Shown: positions 14,695 to 28,739 of the stretch, piece by piece
Layout: each line of letters starts with the position of its first letter
Numbering within the stretch: the first letter of the stretch is position 1
DNA from: Phoronis australis
Taxonomy: Eukaryota > Animalia > Phoronida
Assembly (NCBI GenBank): GCA_002633005.1
Contig: NMRA01000161.1
Location: forward strand, 473,666-537,665
Direction of reading: 5' to 3'
DNA length: 64,000 nucleotides
The notes under the pieces: generated by a model
What the model saw: only the letters and a program-made list of their open reading frames with translations
What the model was told of the DNA's origin: nothing
The model's database searches: none
Made by a program: the position numbers and the translations under genes

Positions 14695-15189
14695 AAAAAA
14701 TATGTGAAATTTCGGTCCCTGATGTCATTCTTTGTACAAAACTATACGATACTTTGGCCATTACACACAGTGATACAGGAAAACTAATGATTTATCAACC
14801 ACGATAAATTTACCAAATGTATGTCCCGATTGCACCAGTTCCAACCGCGTCCAAAAAATATCACCTGGAAGGCTTCCAACCTCACTCACCGAACCGGAAC
14901 TACGCGCACCGCCGGGTCGAAGCTACATAATTATGTAGTAGTCTGTTGTTTCCCTGCCTTCCTTCACTAGGTCTGAAGGTCCCAGCTATCAGTACGTATA
15001 AGACGTCTAGACGTTCATGCTGAATATCTGTGGAACACAGAGCTAGCCAGTGTCACTTTCTACAAATAACTTGCGTTATAGCTGCAGATGTTAAAAGAAC
15101 GTTCCGTTGGGCTATACAAAGAATACGATAGATTACCGTCAGTTGAAACTGTTCAAGTGATGTGTGTTTGTGTGGTTCTGAATTGTTAA

Positions 15190-18100
15190 GAATATGCACG
15201 ATACTCCGTGAGGGATATATACGTACAGTCGTCATACCAGTACATCCTCTCGGGGCTGGCTGGCGCCTATAGGCAGGTATTCTCGCACAACACCTTGGTG
15301 CTTTTGTAACCAATGCGGCTCACAATAGTCCAGCGACAAAACCACGGTTTGGGTGGGAGGTCCATATTCCAATTGCTAGCTCTCATCTTTCTTTTGTTGC
15401 TGTTATCGTATTTAGGATGCAGCTTTTACCCTATAGACACGAATTTTGTCAGTTTCAGGCCGGTTCGCCTTTGTAGTAGTGAATATCTGTAGCCAGATCC
15501 CATGGCAAAACGCCATTCATCTTTTAAAAGGACTCGAGGTAGAGTACTACAGAAAATCTCTATAACAACAATTTGTTCGTCTTGATATCTGAGAGCCCCA
15601 TGGATAGTAGTGACAACTGGTTTGGCTGCCCTCATTGTAAATATTACAATACATAAATAAATAAATGAAAATAAATAAACATCAATTACGAGGTTCATCC
15701 ATTCGCATTCGGTGCAATCGATGTTTTGACATGTATTCTTACAGTTTTGGAAACCCCAGTAAAACACGACTCATTTTATGGCATCGTGTACTTCGCCAGT
15801 AGATTTCTATAAAAACCACTGTGGTTATGAAGCCTTCTAATCAGTTACGCTGATTTAGGTTTTCTAGTTAGTGAGCTACTGCAGAGCATCACCGACGACT
15901 TCACGGCAATAAACCAATTGCTTTGTTAAATTTGCATATGGTGGACCTAAACTGGTGATTGCTAACTGGTTGGTTTCTTTATTTGAGTTCTTAGTACAAA
16001 TTTAGGTTAGGACCATTTTCCCGCACAGTTTAAGTAATCCTTGAACCGTGCTGGATAATTGGCCCCGAGTCGTGATGCTGGACGAAAGACCAATTGAACG
16101 TTTAACAGTAGACGAGGTTGCCTCGATTTGGAAACCGATGTTGCCTGGAGTTGAAGCGGGCAAGAGTTTCTTTTACACCTTCAAAGTTGATCAATGAGCA
16201 AACATCTTCGAGTGGTTGAAATATTTCTCACAACTTAAAATTAATGCATTTGTTTTCTATCCTGAAACTGAGCTCAGAACGCTTTGGGGTGAGGACGCGG
16301 GAATTTTTAATTGTTTCCGGGTCTCATGTATTGATGCTGTGGTACTTCAGGAAGATTTTGAAATTTCTGTATCCATATCATTGTCCACTGTTAATCCATG
16401 CCTATCTTTTTTATTGTAGTTTCTCTTAGTTCTTTTACTTCTTGCTTTACTTGTTAGCGGACTTGTGAATTGTATTTCTCGTGATTTTTACTTAATAGAA
16501 CCGTAAACCGAGTTTAAAATATTCATGGGTCATATTCTTAACCCAATATAATGATTTCGTTGCACGCAATCAGGCTCAAAGTTTTACAGATAGTTTAACG
16601 CTTCATTAGTAGAAAATGCATATTTCACAATTTTATTCATTGTGGGTGCACGCATGCACGCAGGGGCGTTTCAAAACAGAGGATTTTACGGTGATGCAAC
16701 TGTATTTTACGCGTATCATCGCATGAGTAAAAGCGTATGTGCTCTGTCGCGATACATACGCTAAACATTCAGAGGGATCAACGAAACGTCTCGCCCGTAG
16801 CATAAGCACGATAACGAAAATGACTTCAAACTCACGTGCAAACGTAATGTCGAATAATACCGCCACGAGGCGCTCGAAGCTTACCAGTAAACGAAAGTAA
16901 ACAGTGGAGTGCTTTGATAAACTATATGAACAACACAAAGTTTTAAAAAATTAACAGTCAACCATGCGTCTGAAGTAACATTCATATTATGTTCTCCAGA
17001 TTTTTCCTGTCAGCTTAGTTCATTTTGACCACGAATGGTTCAACAAATCCTACTCGGTTCTATTTTCAGCAAACTGTGTTTAATCCGAACCTCGTCATTC
17101 CCGCATCCGTCAAATCTGTAGTTTGTTTAATTGACGATAACTTTGTCAAAAATCCTTTGATTTTCTTTTTTGTTGTTCTCACTCAGCATGAAGAGTGCCA
17201 CTGCTCTGGCTAGTCTAATGCCCTCGTCCTGAGAAATCCTGGTTTATGTTACTCTAATCACACAGAGGTGTCTCGTCTGACTAGAATCATGTCTTTGCTT
17301 TTGGTTCCGAATTTACAAGTAATCAATTGTGGTTTATCATGACTTCTTTCCAGTGTGTGGTTTAGGTGACCTATTTCAGAGCTCTGGATATACAATTTCG
17401 TATGTCATGAGTTCTCTGATGAATCATTTGGAGTTCTACGAAAAAGAGATGGCCTACTTGCAAGGCCATCTACTTTATTTTTCAGATACACTACTTCAAT
17501 TCTGCTTGTTGAATTTGATGGGCCAGTGTCAAACTTCATACCGGCTTCTTAGTTTTCAAATCGATTTCCTCCTGATCTCCGTATTTGAACTGATAGCGTC
17601 CTAGGTTTTGTAGGGATCACTAAGGAAAAAATACAGACATTTTCTCACTGACCTAGGCATTAGGGGGCGTTTCTTTAATTCTTGGAATTGTAATTGTCTT
17701 TCATTCGGCTCGCATCACTCCGGCCAGGACAGTGACAGATAAAATGAAGTTTGTTTTCCATCTGACCATTGTGGCAGATGTCACAAATTCATTCAGTCTC
17801 GCTAAGACCTGTGTAACGGCCTGTTTCTAGCGCGGGTTTTCCTTAGATACGGGTATAAACCTTACAGGTATTTCTTGCACTGCAGTTCCGTTTTGATACA
17901 TATAGTACAGTAAAGTTGATATTTAGTGGAGTTCTTAATTACTGAGTGCTAAGTTTGAGATATAAGGTTTCTAATTAATATCATGCATAAAATAGGTCAA
18001 AGAATCTGTCCTTCAGCTCTGGGTTTTCGTATTTAACCAGTACTTCCGAATTTTCGCGTAGAATCCTTCTCTTGTCAGTAGCTTTTAAAAATGCTAACAA

Positions 18101-18665
18101 CAACACCCATCTACGTTGAAAATCTGCATCAGTAATTTCAGCTTAAAATTTTAAGTTACACAATCCTGAACAACGTCTCTTTTTACAAAACCTAGGTTAT
18201 ATTAATAGACCGTTTGGCTACATGTATGAACTAAATACAGCTGTTTGACGTCAGTCGAAACTGGTGGGGATATGTGTTTGGGCTTCGTTCTGGACATTGT
18301 GAAAAAGATCCTGTTAAAAATATGTCTGTTCTTCTGTGTATCGGAAGTGGGGCTTGTTTAATTACTTCTGTATTCCCATACAACGACCGAGCGGTATTCT
18401 AACAACGCAGCTCAGATAGGAATTTATGATTTTGGGTATGAAATCTATATTGTACATGTTCCTTTCTATTTTCTTTCGGTGCCATTATCGTATGTAAGAA
18501 TCAGCTTACATCCTAAAAGAACTAAGTTTGGATTTTCCATTTTTCAGTTTGAGACTGATTTCCTTGTAGTAGTGAATATCTGAATCTACTTCCCATTTGC
18601 CCTTTAGTCTCAAGTACTCCATAAGTAGTACTTGAGACAATCTCGATAGCACAGTTTTGTTCATT
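15190..18665. repeat. Old diverged direct duplication: ~15190-15600 versus ~18260-18665
   Basis: Exact 19-mer ttgtagtagtgaatatctg at 15471 and 18564, with colinear weaker matches on both sides (ttatcgtat.taag/tagg, ggtattct, aatctc.ata.ca..ttgttc). Confidence 0.65.
17100..17650 (-). mobile_element. Degenerate LINE ORF1 remnant
   Basis: Minus strand reads LKNKVDGLASR.., KPQLITCKFGTKSKDMIL (similar to PRPIIVKF..K..IL) and FDKVIVN. Confidence 0.55.
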
Positions 18666-19003
18666 CGGTTAACATTTCAGTGCGCGTTGACGTCGTTTTA
18701 AGCAACGATGATGCATGTTCAGCAAATCCCGCTAAATGGAATGACCATTTTTTAACGCTTCTGTTGACTCTTATGTCAATAATTTTGGGAAATCTAAGAA
18801 AGTCAATAATATTTTACATCAGTCTTTTCTGCTGTGTCGTCAACATGAAACTTTGTGTGCGAACACAGCGGACAATGATTCTCCTTTTTGTATTGAATAA
18901 CACTACATCGAATAAAATTCGTTACGTTATTTTAATACTTTCCAACAATTATATCCGTTCTAACAACGGACCTGACTCGGCAATTGATACCCGTTAATTA
19001 ATC

Positions 19004-20983
19004 AAAAGTCATGGACTTTTAAGTACACTTGACTTGTCGTTTGACCAGCGACTATTGAAGCTTACACTCGACTCACCCATTATGGGATTGTGGGCACGGA
19101 TATCTGTACGCCTACAAGTCCTTCGATCTTCAAGTATTTGATGAACCTGTCTACATGTGTTATCTTAACTGTGTTCTTTGTACTGGATTTTGAAGCCACT
19201 GCTTTTGACTTCTGTAGATACACATTGGTCAGGAGTAACTGTTATGACAGCCATAACATTATGTCTGGAGTGGTAATGGCTCATTTACCTTAATATATTT
19301 ATACCGCTATATAGATTTTAGGAATAGTCAAAGTCAGTGTAAAAGAGATCTTTTCTCAAGAAGGGGCGTATGGTTGGAGCATCTGTCAAATTTCAAACCC
19401 TCGTTATCACGAAATGGTGGGAATGGACTTTACCACGAACAGCTTTGTCTGCTATTGTCCAACCGCTAAATACTAGAGGAGAAACGCCTAATATTCTTGA
19501 TTACGTCCTGGCTTCATTTCTTTTAAAAACTGTTCTTAGCTTCAGCTAACCAACCCTTCATTTAGTGAAGGTAGTTCGTCTTCATCTGCTCAGTTGCAAT
19601 CCCTTTATTGACTCCCTCGTGAATATTTGCTACCATTTTGCCAATTCCAAAGAGATCGGTGCATGCCGCGCCTGATGGGACGACTTTGTAGTCTAGTGAG
19701 TCTACATTCAGGCACATCCAGATGTCTGCGGTGCCAATCCTCTCATTAGATGGATGATCTCCGTCCTTAGTCCCTTTAGTAGTGTTCCCGACGACCTTAG
19801 ACTCGGCCCTTGGTTGTATGAGACTAACCTTTCTGCATCCTCTGCTTTTTTCCCGCCAATTCAGCATAACGTGTTTGCTCGTGATTTCCGCCTGCGTTTT
19901 GTAGCAGTGACTGTTTTGCGCCAGATTCTTTCTTGAAACTTATCTGCTCTTTCGTTCGTTGCAACAATGACATTCTTTATTTCTTTCCTCGTCNAAAAGT
20001 CATGGACTTTTAAGTACACTTGACTTGTCGTTTGACCAGCGACTATTGAAGCTTACACTCGACTCACCCATTATGGGATTGTGGGCACGCATATCTGTAC
20101 GCCTACAAGTCCTTCGATCTTCAAGCATTTGATGAACCTGTCTCTATGTGTTATCGCAACTGTGTTCTTTGTACTGGATTTTGATGTCACTGCTTTTGAC
20201 TTCTGTAGATACACATTGGTCAGGAGTAACTGTTATGACAGCCATAACATTATGTCTGGAGTGGTAATGGCTCATTTACCTTAATATATTTATGCCACTA
20301 TATAGATTTTAGGAATAGTCAAAGTCAGTGTAAAAGAGATCTTTTCTCAAGAAGGGGCGTTTGGTTGGAGCATCTGTCAAATTTCAGACCCTCGTTATCA
20401 CGAAATGGTGGGAATGGATTTTTCCACGAATAGCTTTGTCTGCTATTGTCCAACCGTTAAATACTAGAGGAGAAACGCCTAATATTCTCGATTACGTCTT
20501 GGCTTCATTTGTTTTCAAAACTGTTCTTAGCTTCAGCTAACCAACCCTTCATTTAGTGAAGGTAGTTCGTCTTCATCTGCTCAGTTGCAATCCCTTTATT
20601 GACTCCCTCGTGAATATTTGCTACCATTTTGCCAATTCCAAAGAGATCGGTGCATGCCGCGCCTGATGGGACGACTTTGTAGTCTAGTGAGACTACATTC
20701 AGGCACATCCAGATGTCTGCGGTGCCAATCCTCTCATTAGATGGATGATCTCCGTCCTTAGTCCCTTTAGTAGTGTTCCCGACGACCTTAGACTCGGCCC
20801 TTGGTTGTATGAGACTAACCTTTCTGCATCCTCTGCTTTTTCCCGCCAATTCAGCATAACGTGTTTGCTCGTGATTTCCGCCTGCGTTTTGTAGCAGTGA
20901 CTGTTTTACGCCAGATTCTTTCTTGAAACTTATCTGCTCTTTCGTTCGTTGCAACAATGACATTCTTTATTTCTTTCCTCGTC
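19004..20983. repeat. ~990-bp near-identical tandem copies joined by a single N; probable uncollapsed haplotypes
   Basis: 19004-19993, N at 19994, then 19995-20983. The copies differ only by scattered substitutions. Confidence 0.9.
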
Positions 20984-21800
20984 TCACCAGGTACACCGAT
21001 GTCCAGCGGTGCTGACTTTCCTATGATTCCTTTCTATCCCACCTCAACCGACCAGCACCATACCTCCCAACATTTTCCACAAGTCCGGAAGAATGTGCAG
21101 GATAGCGCGACGTTGCTATTCTTCACTTAAATTAAGACGATGTAATTGAAGAACGTAGGAAAGTACAAACTGAAGAGTACCTTTCCGCTAAAGCCGGTTG
21201 TAATGCAGCTGTATTGTAGGAACCTGTGTAAATCACCGGATAGTTGGGACATTCATTGAATTAAATTGAGATATCAAAACATGTATTTAGTTACCTATAA
21301 TTCTAGGTGAACAACACCATCGATCAGTGCACTATCACTTGGTAGAACACGTTAAGAAATGCTTATGACGTAGACTTTTTCAACTATTACTCGAGCAAGT
21401 CCCTTTCCTCCGCCCTATCCAGATCCACGTTCCGTCGCAGTCACTGCCGTCTTCAAATAAAGTCACTCTACTCGTCTGAAGGCGACATTCCATCATTTCA
21501 ACTGTATATGCTCCGATTGCCGCGGATTGTACGGTTCAGGACTTCCTCTACAACTGACAATCCGTGAGCTGGCAGTGTACTTTTATGTTTCAAACGCTGA
21601 GTGCTTTGAGACGGTTGAACGAAGAGTTTCATACGATGGGCAATTCCGATAACCTGCAGATGTGTATTCCTTTTCTCCGTTCTCGCACCATCAACGCCAA
21701 TGATTGCGTGATCGTATTTTGAATCAGCCATTGAGAGTTTCGGTTGCTAGATCTTGACTGATGCTGTGCAACACTTGTGGGCTATGCACGGCACCTTCTC
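19004..21800 (-). mobile_element. Highly degenerate RTE-like LINE (APE endonuclease and early RT)
   Basis: KYDHAIIGVDGAR, VIGIAHRMKLFV..TQRL, IGAYT and GSDCDG fall in APE motif order. Downstream are a basic linker and DNEGLKFDRCSNQ / FYTDFD, loosely matching QxGFR and FxDxxKAFD. All motifs are eroded. Confidence 0.4.
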
Positions 21801-22777
21801 AGGCCCAACAAGGAATGATTTACTTTCCTCCAGTCGTGAATGATTTGTGTCAAACTCCACTGAGGTTCTCTTATTACTTTGAGCTTCCCATCTCCCCCGC
21901 TGTCTTTTTGGGTCTTCTTCACGTCACTCTGTAATTCTTGGTAAAAACTGTGAGTTCACATTTACACAATTTGTGAACAATCGTTCCAGATGTGTTTATT
22001 TTCAGAAAATAGCTTGGCGGATGTACTTGCTATTTATTTTGTTCAGCCTGCAAACATTCGCTTCCTGCGGAAAACGTGTGAGTGAAGTAAACGGTTCAGA
22101 ATTCTGATGTCATTTCCATCACTTTTACAGTCAAGGATTATTTGATCACTTTGTTGAAGCGACAACACTATGGCATGAATGTGTGATAATACGACTGATA
22201 CCTTTTACACTAAAGTCATGTGATTCGGTCACAAAATGTCAAAGAGCCCGACAGTCCAGTGCCGTTAAACTGTATGTGAGCACACAGATTTTTTTATTTT
22301 ATCATAGTCTCAAAAACTAGCAAACGTGTTCGATTTTACTTTTAACGATTCTTATGTCTTCGGCAATCTGTTGAACGTTGAGGAATAAAACCTTTCTCTT
22401 GGTCCCGATCACCTCCATAAGTTGCGTGGGCTCATCAGCTGCTAAAGAGTCCACAGCTATCCCAGAGTGCATTTAAAAATGACAACAGCGCCGTAAATGA
22501 AATCCCCGAGTTTTCAATATACCGCAAGAACAGCAGTTTAGATAAATATACTTATTTGTCACTACATCTAGTATATCTACCATAAAATTTATAAATCGTG
22601 TTGAATATAGGCTTCATCCAAATTACTACATAAGATATCGACAATAAACTTTTATACAAATACACAGCACCCAAGCTTATATGCGCACACACATATGCAT
22701 CCTCATACTCACAAGCATAGACGCCCATAAGTATGTATTTTGCGCTGTAACAGTTGATCATGTTCAATTTTGCGTAA

Positions 22778-23314
22778 TGTTAATATTGTAATACCACTGT
22801 ATTATTGGTGTTGAATATAGTGTTAATATTGTAAAACTACTTTATCACTGGTGTTGACTAACGATTGTTTTTTCATGCTTATTGAATTTAGTGTTAATAT
22901 TATAAAATACTGTATCACTGGTGTTGACTAACGATTGTTTGTTTTATGCTTATTGAATATAGTGTTAATATTATACAATACTGTATCACTGGTGTTGACT
23001 AATGATTGTTTGTTTTATGATTATTGAATATAGTGTTAATATTATGAAACACTGTATCACTGGTGTTGACTAACGATTGTTTGTTTTATGCTTATTGAAA
23101 TAGTGTTAATATTATAAAATACTGTATCACTGGTGTTGACTAACGATTGCTTGTTTTATGCTTATTGAATATAGTGTTAATATTATAAAATACTGTATCG
23201 CTGTTGTTGAATGACGATTGTTTGTTTTATGCTTATTGAATATAGTGATAACATTGTAAGACCACTGTATTACTGGTGTTGTCTAACGAAAATTTGATTT
23301 ATGATTATTGAATA
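22778..23314. repeat. 71-bp minisatellite, ~7.5 copies
   Basis: Unit gtgttaatattataaaatactgtatcactggtgttgactaacgattgtttgttttatgcttattgaatata starts at 22820, 22891, 22962, 23033, 23103, 23174 and 23245. Confidence 0.95.
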
Positions 23315-24920
23315 ATAATTATCTGTTTCTATTGAATTGTTCTCGAATTTCTGTAGCGTCAACTCTGCGTAAAATGGTTTCCGGTGAATTGCTTTTTGCA
23401 TGTATTCTTGAAGAGACCATCGCCTTATATCAAGCATAATAAAACGTTCTAGGAATCAACGGGTTGAAATTCCAACAGTTTCTCATGTTTGTACACAAAA
23501 TTCGCTTCAACCATAGTTAGTTCTGGTAACAAATTTCAAGGAACTCGAACTTTAAGGAGATAGGATCAAGGTTAAAACACCTTATATTATGGCTTGTGAT
23601 GCCATATACATGACCTACAAAACTACATGCACACTACAGATCACCAGCCACTTGGACTGAACTTGAGAGATTTGCATCACCCGACCATATGAGGAGATGA
23701 GTAGACAACAACTTCGATTGGTCGATGTGAGGTGAACGTCGAGAGTCTTGATATTTAAGAGTCACCAGTGCGTCCACTTTATTTATTTTCTACCTATTTG
23801 TGTTTTGTACTTTGCGTTACCTGTCACGGAATATAACTCCATACATCCAAGTATCAAAATTCAAAGAATTTGAGCTGTTGCTGAACGTGAACGAGACCCC
23901 TTTCGTTTCATTGTTTACAAAAACCCATCATCTTGTGCGGGTGAAATGTTTATGCATGTGTTAAAGAAACAAAACAGCAAAACTTCAGTTGACGTTTGCG
24001 CAACATTTTGTGAAGGGCTAGCAGATCTTGTCCAGGTATACTAAAAATGTAACGTAATAGTGGTTTGGGGAAGAAAGAGGTGAATAAAATAGCTATTGCA
24101 AGAAATGGAAGATATCGATTGCCTTTAACAAGTGTGACAGTGCCGGCTCAGCAAGAATCGTTACAACCTACCATATATTTTGAGTTAAGAGTGATACGCA
24201 CTCATCAACACGACTCGTATATCAGACCTTCATGTGTAAAGAAAAGACTTCTGTTACAGCTATGAGTAGATTACATTTTCACATTTTCTGGTTACCTTAA
24301 CAATGCCACGCTGTGTCAAGGGTTGTCGTCGAAATAATGGGTGTCAAAAGACCTCACCCCCATACACACATATCAAAAATACGTATGAAAGATGGACTGG
24401 AAGCAAGTTCAAAGAACAGTTGTCCATATTATCAATGCATGAACACTGTGTCTTGTTACAAGTTATATGAATAGTTCTTAGTACATTTTTTCTGAAGTTT
24501 AATGAAAATAGAAAACTGACATTTTGCCTTGCTTGACATCAGTGGAAATTGGGCATTTTCTCATCTTGAATTCTGATCTCTATCATATGTACTCTCTGAA
24601 AAATAATTAATGATTCTATGGTAAAATGGTCCACCCAAGAATAATCAGTGTCGCCTTTTTTGAATGCAGTATCAGTTATAACAAAAATACAATGTTTTCT
24701 GGTTTTTTATTAATCATTTTCACAAAAACAGACAAAACAATAGTTTTAAAAACCCACTAAGGCCTCCCAAACGACGTACGCTCAAATATCACATGTTTGC
24801 ATGTCCAAAAAGATGTATATCCCATCCAGACCTCATACACCTATCTGACAACATTGTCATGCTTGGATTTCTGTGTTTGATTGGTAGATTCAATGGATCA
24901 GTGGACTAGAGTGTCAGCAG

Positions 24921-27900
24921 AGGATACAAAAAAGACAAAAATTGTGTTTTACGTATACGTGCGTCTACCCCATAACACAACTGGGTGGCACTTAGTGGTA
25001 GAATATTAGCTGAAACTACGACTTGGCTGATCATTGTGAAAAAAGAAATCAGCAACTTCAGTCATCGGCCGTTAATTGACAAGCACTGATACACACTTAT
25101 AAAACTGCGTATTCTTTGAATCTAAATGGTATACAAATCAAAGTCCATGGCCATAGCACAAACTTGTCTTTGCAAATAAGCCATCAGAAAATAATGTACT
25201 TAATCAAGAAGTTCTTCGCAAATAAGTCAAAATAAAATATTTCACACTTTTAAGTATAAAACAACTAGGTCTTTGCAAATAAGCCATAAGAAAATATTAT
25301 ACACTTAAAACAATAAGGTATTGGCAAATAAGACATAAAAATTCTTCACACTTAAACCAATGTCTTTGCAAATAAGACATAAGAAAATACTTCAAACACA
25401 ACCCTTCACACCGTGGTCATAAATGCTTGAATTCTGTTACCAGCATTTTGGAATGATATTTTAAGCATTTCTTCGCCAATTTGTGTAGTTTTAATCAAGA
25501 AAAGTTTTAATCAAGAAATAAACGCAAAAATTAAAAAAGTTATTTTTGTGTGTCATCAGTGGAAGTCCGGTCTACGCCACTGTGTTGTTCTGCATCAGCC
25601 GCGAGCCGAAGTGGTCTCGAAACAATCATTAATTTTTCTTTAAATTTCAAAATTCTTCACTTATTTTCCGAAGTTAGGGCTTGTTCAGTTAGATTTATGT
25701 TATAAAATTATCATACTTGGTCTAAAACCTCAAAACGTCCAAATATCCATTGAATACTTAAAAACACAAGGTCTTTGCAAATAAGAGATAAGGAAACACT
25801 TCATTTAATGTCATAAAACCTTAAGCAAATACTTTTATCTGTAATTGCCCTTCTAAGGGAGCCACAAAGTGGCAAACGTCACATACGACTTCAGGCACCT
25901 CGAAAATTTGGTTATTTTGACACTAATTGTAACTGATAATCTGTACAGTGAATATGTCCACATGAGGTGAACTCTTTAAAGACGATTGTCATTTGAATAC
26001 GCGAGATAATTTTAAGTGATTCATTCTAGGTAGTGACAGCCTTTGATTATCGGATCTGTAGATGAAACACACATAAAATTAAAAAGCTAGTTCAATTATG
26101 TTAGCCTCATCCTTAAAGTTTGAGCGTGCAGCGTAGTCTGGAATGGCGATTGTAAATAATATCCAAAATAACCTCAAGAACATCCATTTAGGAGACGTAT
26201 TTGGTGAACATTTAATTTGAAAGATAGTATCCAAAAGGTGTGTGAAATGTAATTTGGAATAAGTTTACACTATAAGATAGAATATAACACCGTTTTCCCG
26301 GGGAATCCATGATTTTGAGTTTGGGGGCCAGGGCAGAGTATTAGCCAGAATTTGCACCCCCGAACTGCCAAATGGAATCTGGGAGAATTTCAGGGGGGCA
26401 TGGCCCCTTATCCCAAAAATGAACGAGAGAACTGAGTGCACCAGTGGGTACTTCCATGCAAATATAATTATTTTAAAACCTGTCCACGCGCATTAATTTT
26501 GAATTGGGCAGGCATTTGAAACATTTCATTTTAGTAAATGTTCTTAAGGTAAATGATGTTTATTAAGTTAAACTGTAAATAACATCCTTCTTTTTATTTA
26601 AAGTTTAAAATTCTGATTGAACGCCAATAAAATAGCCATTATTCTAGATTATCAATGTACTTTAATGAACTGGAAAAAATCTTACAGGGAAAACACGGAC
26701 ACTTGCACGTCTATTGATCCCTTTAAGATGATATCATTTGATAGATGAAAGGTGTTAAACCAAAGGAAACGGTATGTCCCTTAAATGTGACATTTTAAAT
26801 ATTTGTTTTTGAGTCTGAATAAGTTTCGTTTGTCTCAAGTTTATCGCTAGTATTATTTACATTCATAAAAATGTTTTTCTTACCTCTCACGTTCCTTATT
26901 TTGTATGGCAAGCCATTTCTCTCATCTTAATTGACACGAATAAATGCGCTATATGTTGAATCATGTTTGAAACAGCAAGTAAAAATGCAACCGACAATAA
27001 ATAAATAAATCTATGACAAGGGTAATAAGGCTTTCGCTGACGTCAAAGTACAATTAACATCCACCGTTTGTCATAGGGTTTGACTGAGCTGTTCAAGTAT
27101 TTTTTCTCTGTTTGGGTGTCTAAACCTGTAATTTTATGGTTTGCGATTGTGATTTGTGGGGATGATTTGGCGCCCGTGCCTATTATTGAATGATCGCGGA
27201 ACGGATCCAAAGGTTTGGTATTTTCAGTCACTATTCATTTACGCTTACAGTTTGCATGTATTTTCCAGAAAGAACTGTCGGGTGTAAACGATATATTCGG
27301 TAGGTTTTGATGGTCGCGGCAAACCATATACATTGGCTGCGCAGCAGTCATCTCCAGGTGTTACAGAGTTCTTACTGGAACGAGCTCAAAGTAATCACTG
27401 GTTAGCACTTTTTGAAAATACGTTTTTCTTCATGTACATGTACGGCGACTTCGTGAATTTGTCAATACATTAGAAGTTGCTTTAGACCAATAGACTTTTG
27501 AAATGATGTTACAACATCACCACCTCAGTCAAAGCAATTTTAGGAGTTAGCGGGCGACACCGGTTGACGTTATTCGGACGGATGTGTTGCTTTCAACAAG
27601 ACCCTGGCTATTGTCCTTTTTGAAGTATCTGCACCCCAGTGTCAGTTTCATTATTGTGAGCCATTTTAGACAATGTAATCTCACAATTTCTGCATGGGTA
27701 TTTTAAGACCCGGGTCTACACATATACATGAACATTTATGTGTTTGTAAATATAAATAAATAAATAAATATATATCGAGAAATCCCAGAACTACCCGCTC
27801 TTTTACAAATTTGTAACAGCAAAAGTTAATTCCTTTGAAAAGGTTATGCTTTCTTAGAGGCTCGATTGTATAAAAAACCTTTATTTTAAGATTTTAATCC

Positions 27901-28350
27901 TGAGAAATCGCTACACAACTATTTGGACGGACTGTTTAACCAAATCCATCAGAAACAGAAAAGGAGGCATACTGGCAATACAGGAGGAGAAACTTTGACT
28001 TCAACTAGTTCAGATCTTATAAATACTTTTGAATTGCAAATTTGATTCCGCCTTAAAATTGCCAGTTGACTATGCCCAGTCAGTTTTCAGATTCTTATCA
28101 TGTTGCATTAGTCTTGTTTCAACAACTCCCATAACGAGATTGGAGTTCCCTCAAGCCCCGTATGCGTGGTAATATTTTTACAGCAGCTATCCATAGACAG
28201 ATAACATTATACGTAATGGCACTATTTAAGTCTTAACCAGGTATTATGTCATGGAAATGGAATCTTAACACAGAAGGTAATATTATGCAACCGATTTCCT
28301 TAGAGTAAAATACCCTATTCGAGTTTGTTTTTTGCCAGCTAAACAAGGCA
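24921..28350 (+). pseudogene. Diverged duplicate of the upstream/promoter/intron-1 region of the CUB gene (52881-57235), lacking TATA and exon 1
   Basis: Colinear anchors: gtgaaaaaagaaa..agcaacttca.tcatcg, aagtggcaaac, actgagtgcacca.tgggtac, gttttgatggtc.cggcaaaccatata, gtttcaacaact and ccctattcgagttt. Confidence 0.85.
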
Positions 28351-28739
28351 AAGAACAAAAGAGATGGTGGTGATATTAATTCCAGCACTTTTGAAGAGAG
28401 TAGCCTAGCGAGCTGTGGCCTCTACATCGACTATAGGTCGTTCATCTACTGTCACACGTGCCACCAAACGTACCCCCAGAACGCGCAATTCCGGGAACTA
28501 GCAGTGATTCGCCCTGTGCTAGAGTTGTATCCAGTCCTGCAGTGATGTTGAGTAGTGGGAGTGAATACAGGTCAAGTTCGAAACCCGGTGGGGAGAACAG
28601 TTCGTCGTCCAGTGATCAGGCCAGTGACACAAACTTTGATAAGTTTAAGTATTGGAGATTTTTAGAAGGTGACAGGTGTGTGTTAAGGGAATCACACAGC
28701 GAGATGTACTGTAAACAGTTTGGGTGCTCAGGTCAACAT

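Noticed and set aside
16075-16419. SAM-domain-like peptide (PIERLTVDEVASIW..CIDAVVL)
   Set aside because: In-frame stop, wrong motif spacing and no splice support; probably chance.
22778-23314. Possible CRISPR array
   Set aside because: Whole 71-bp units repeat with no unique spacers, there are no cas genes, and the context is eukaryotic.
23600-24265. Possible LINE APE endonuclease remnant on +
   Set aside because: Only faint motif echoes (IVYKNP); too degraded to support without a search.
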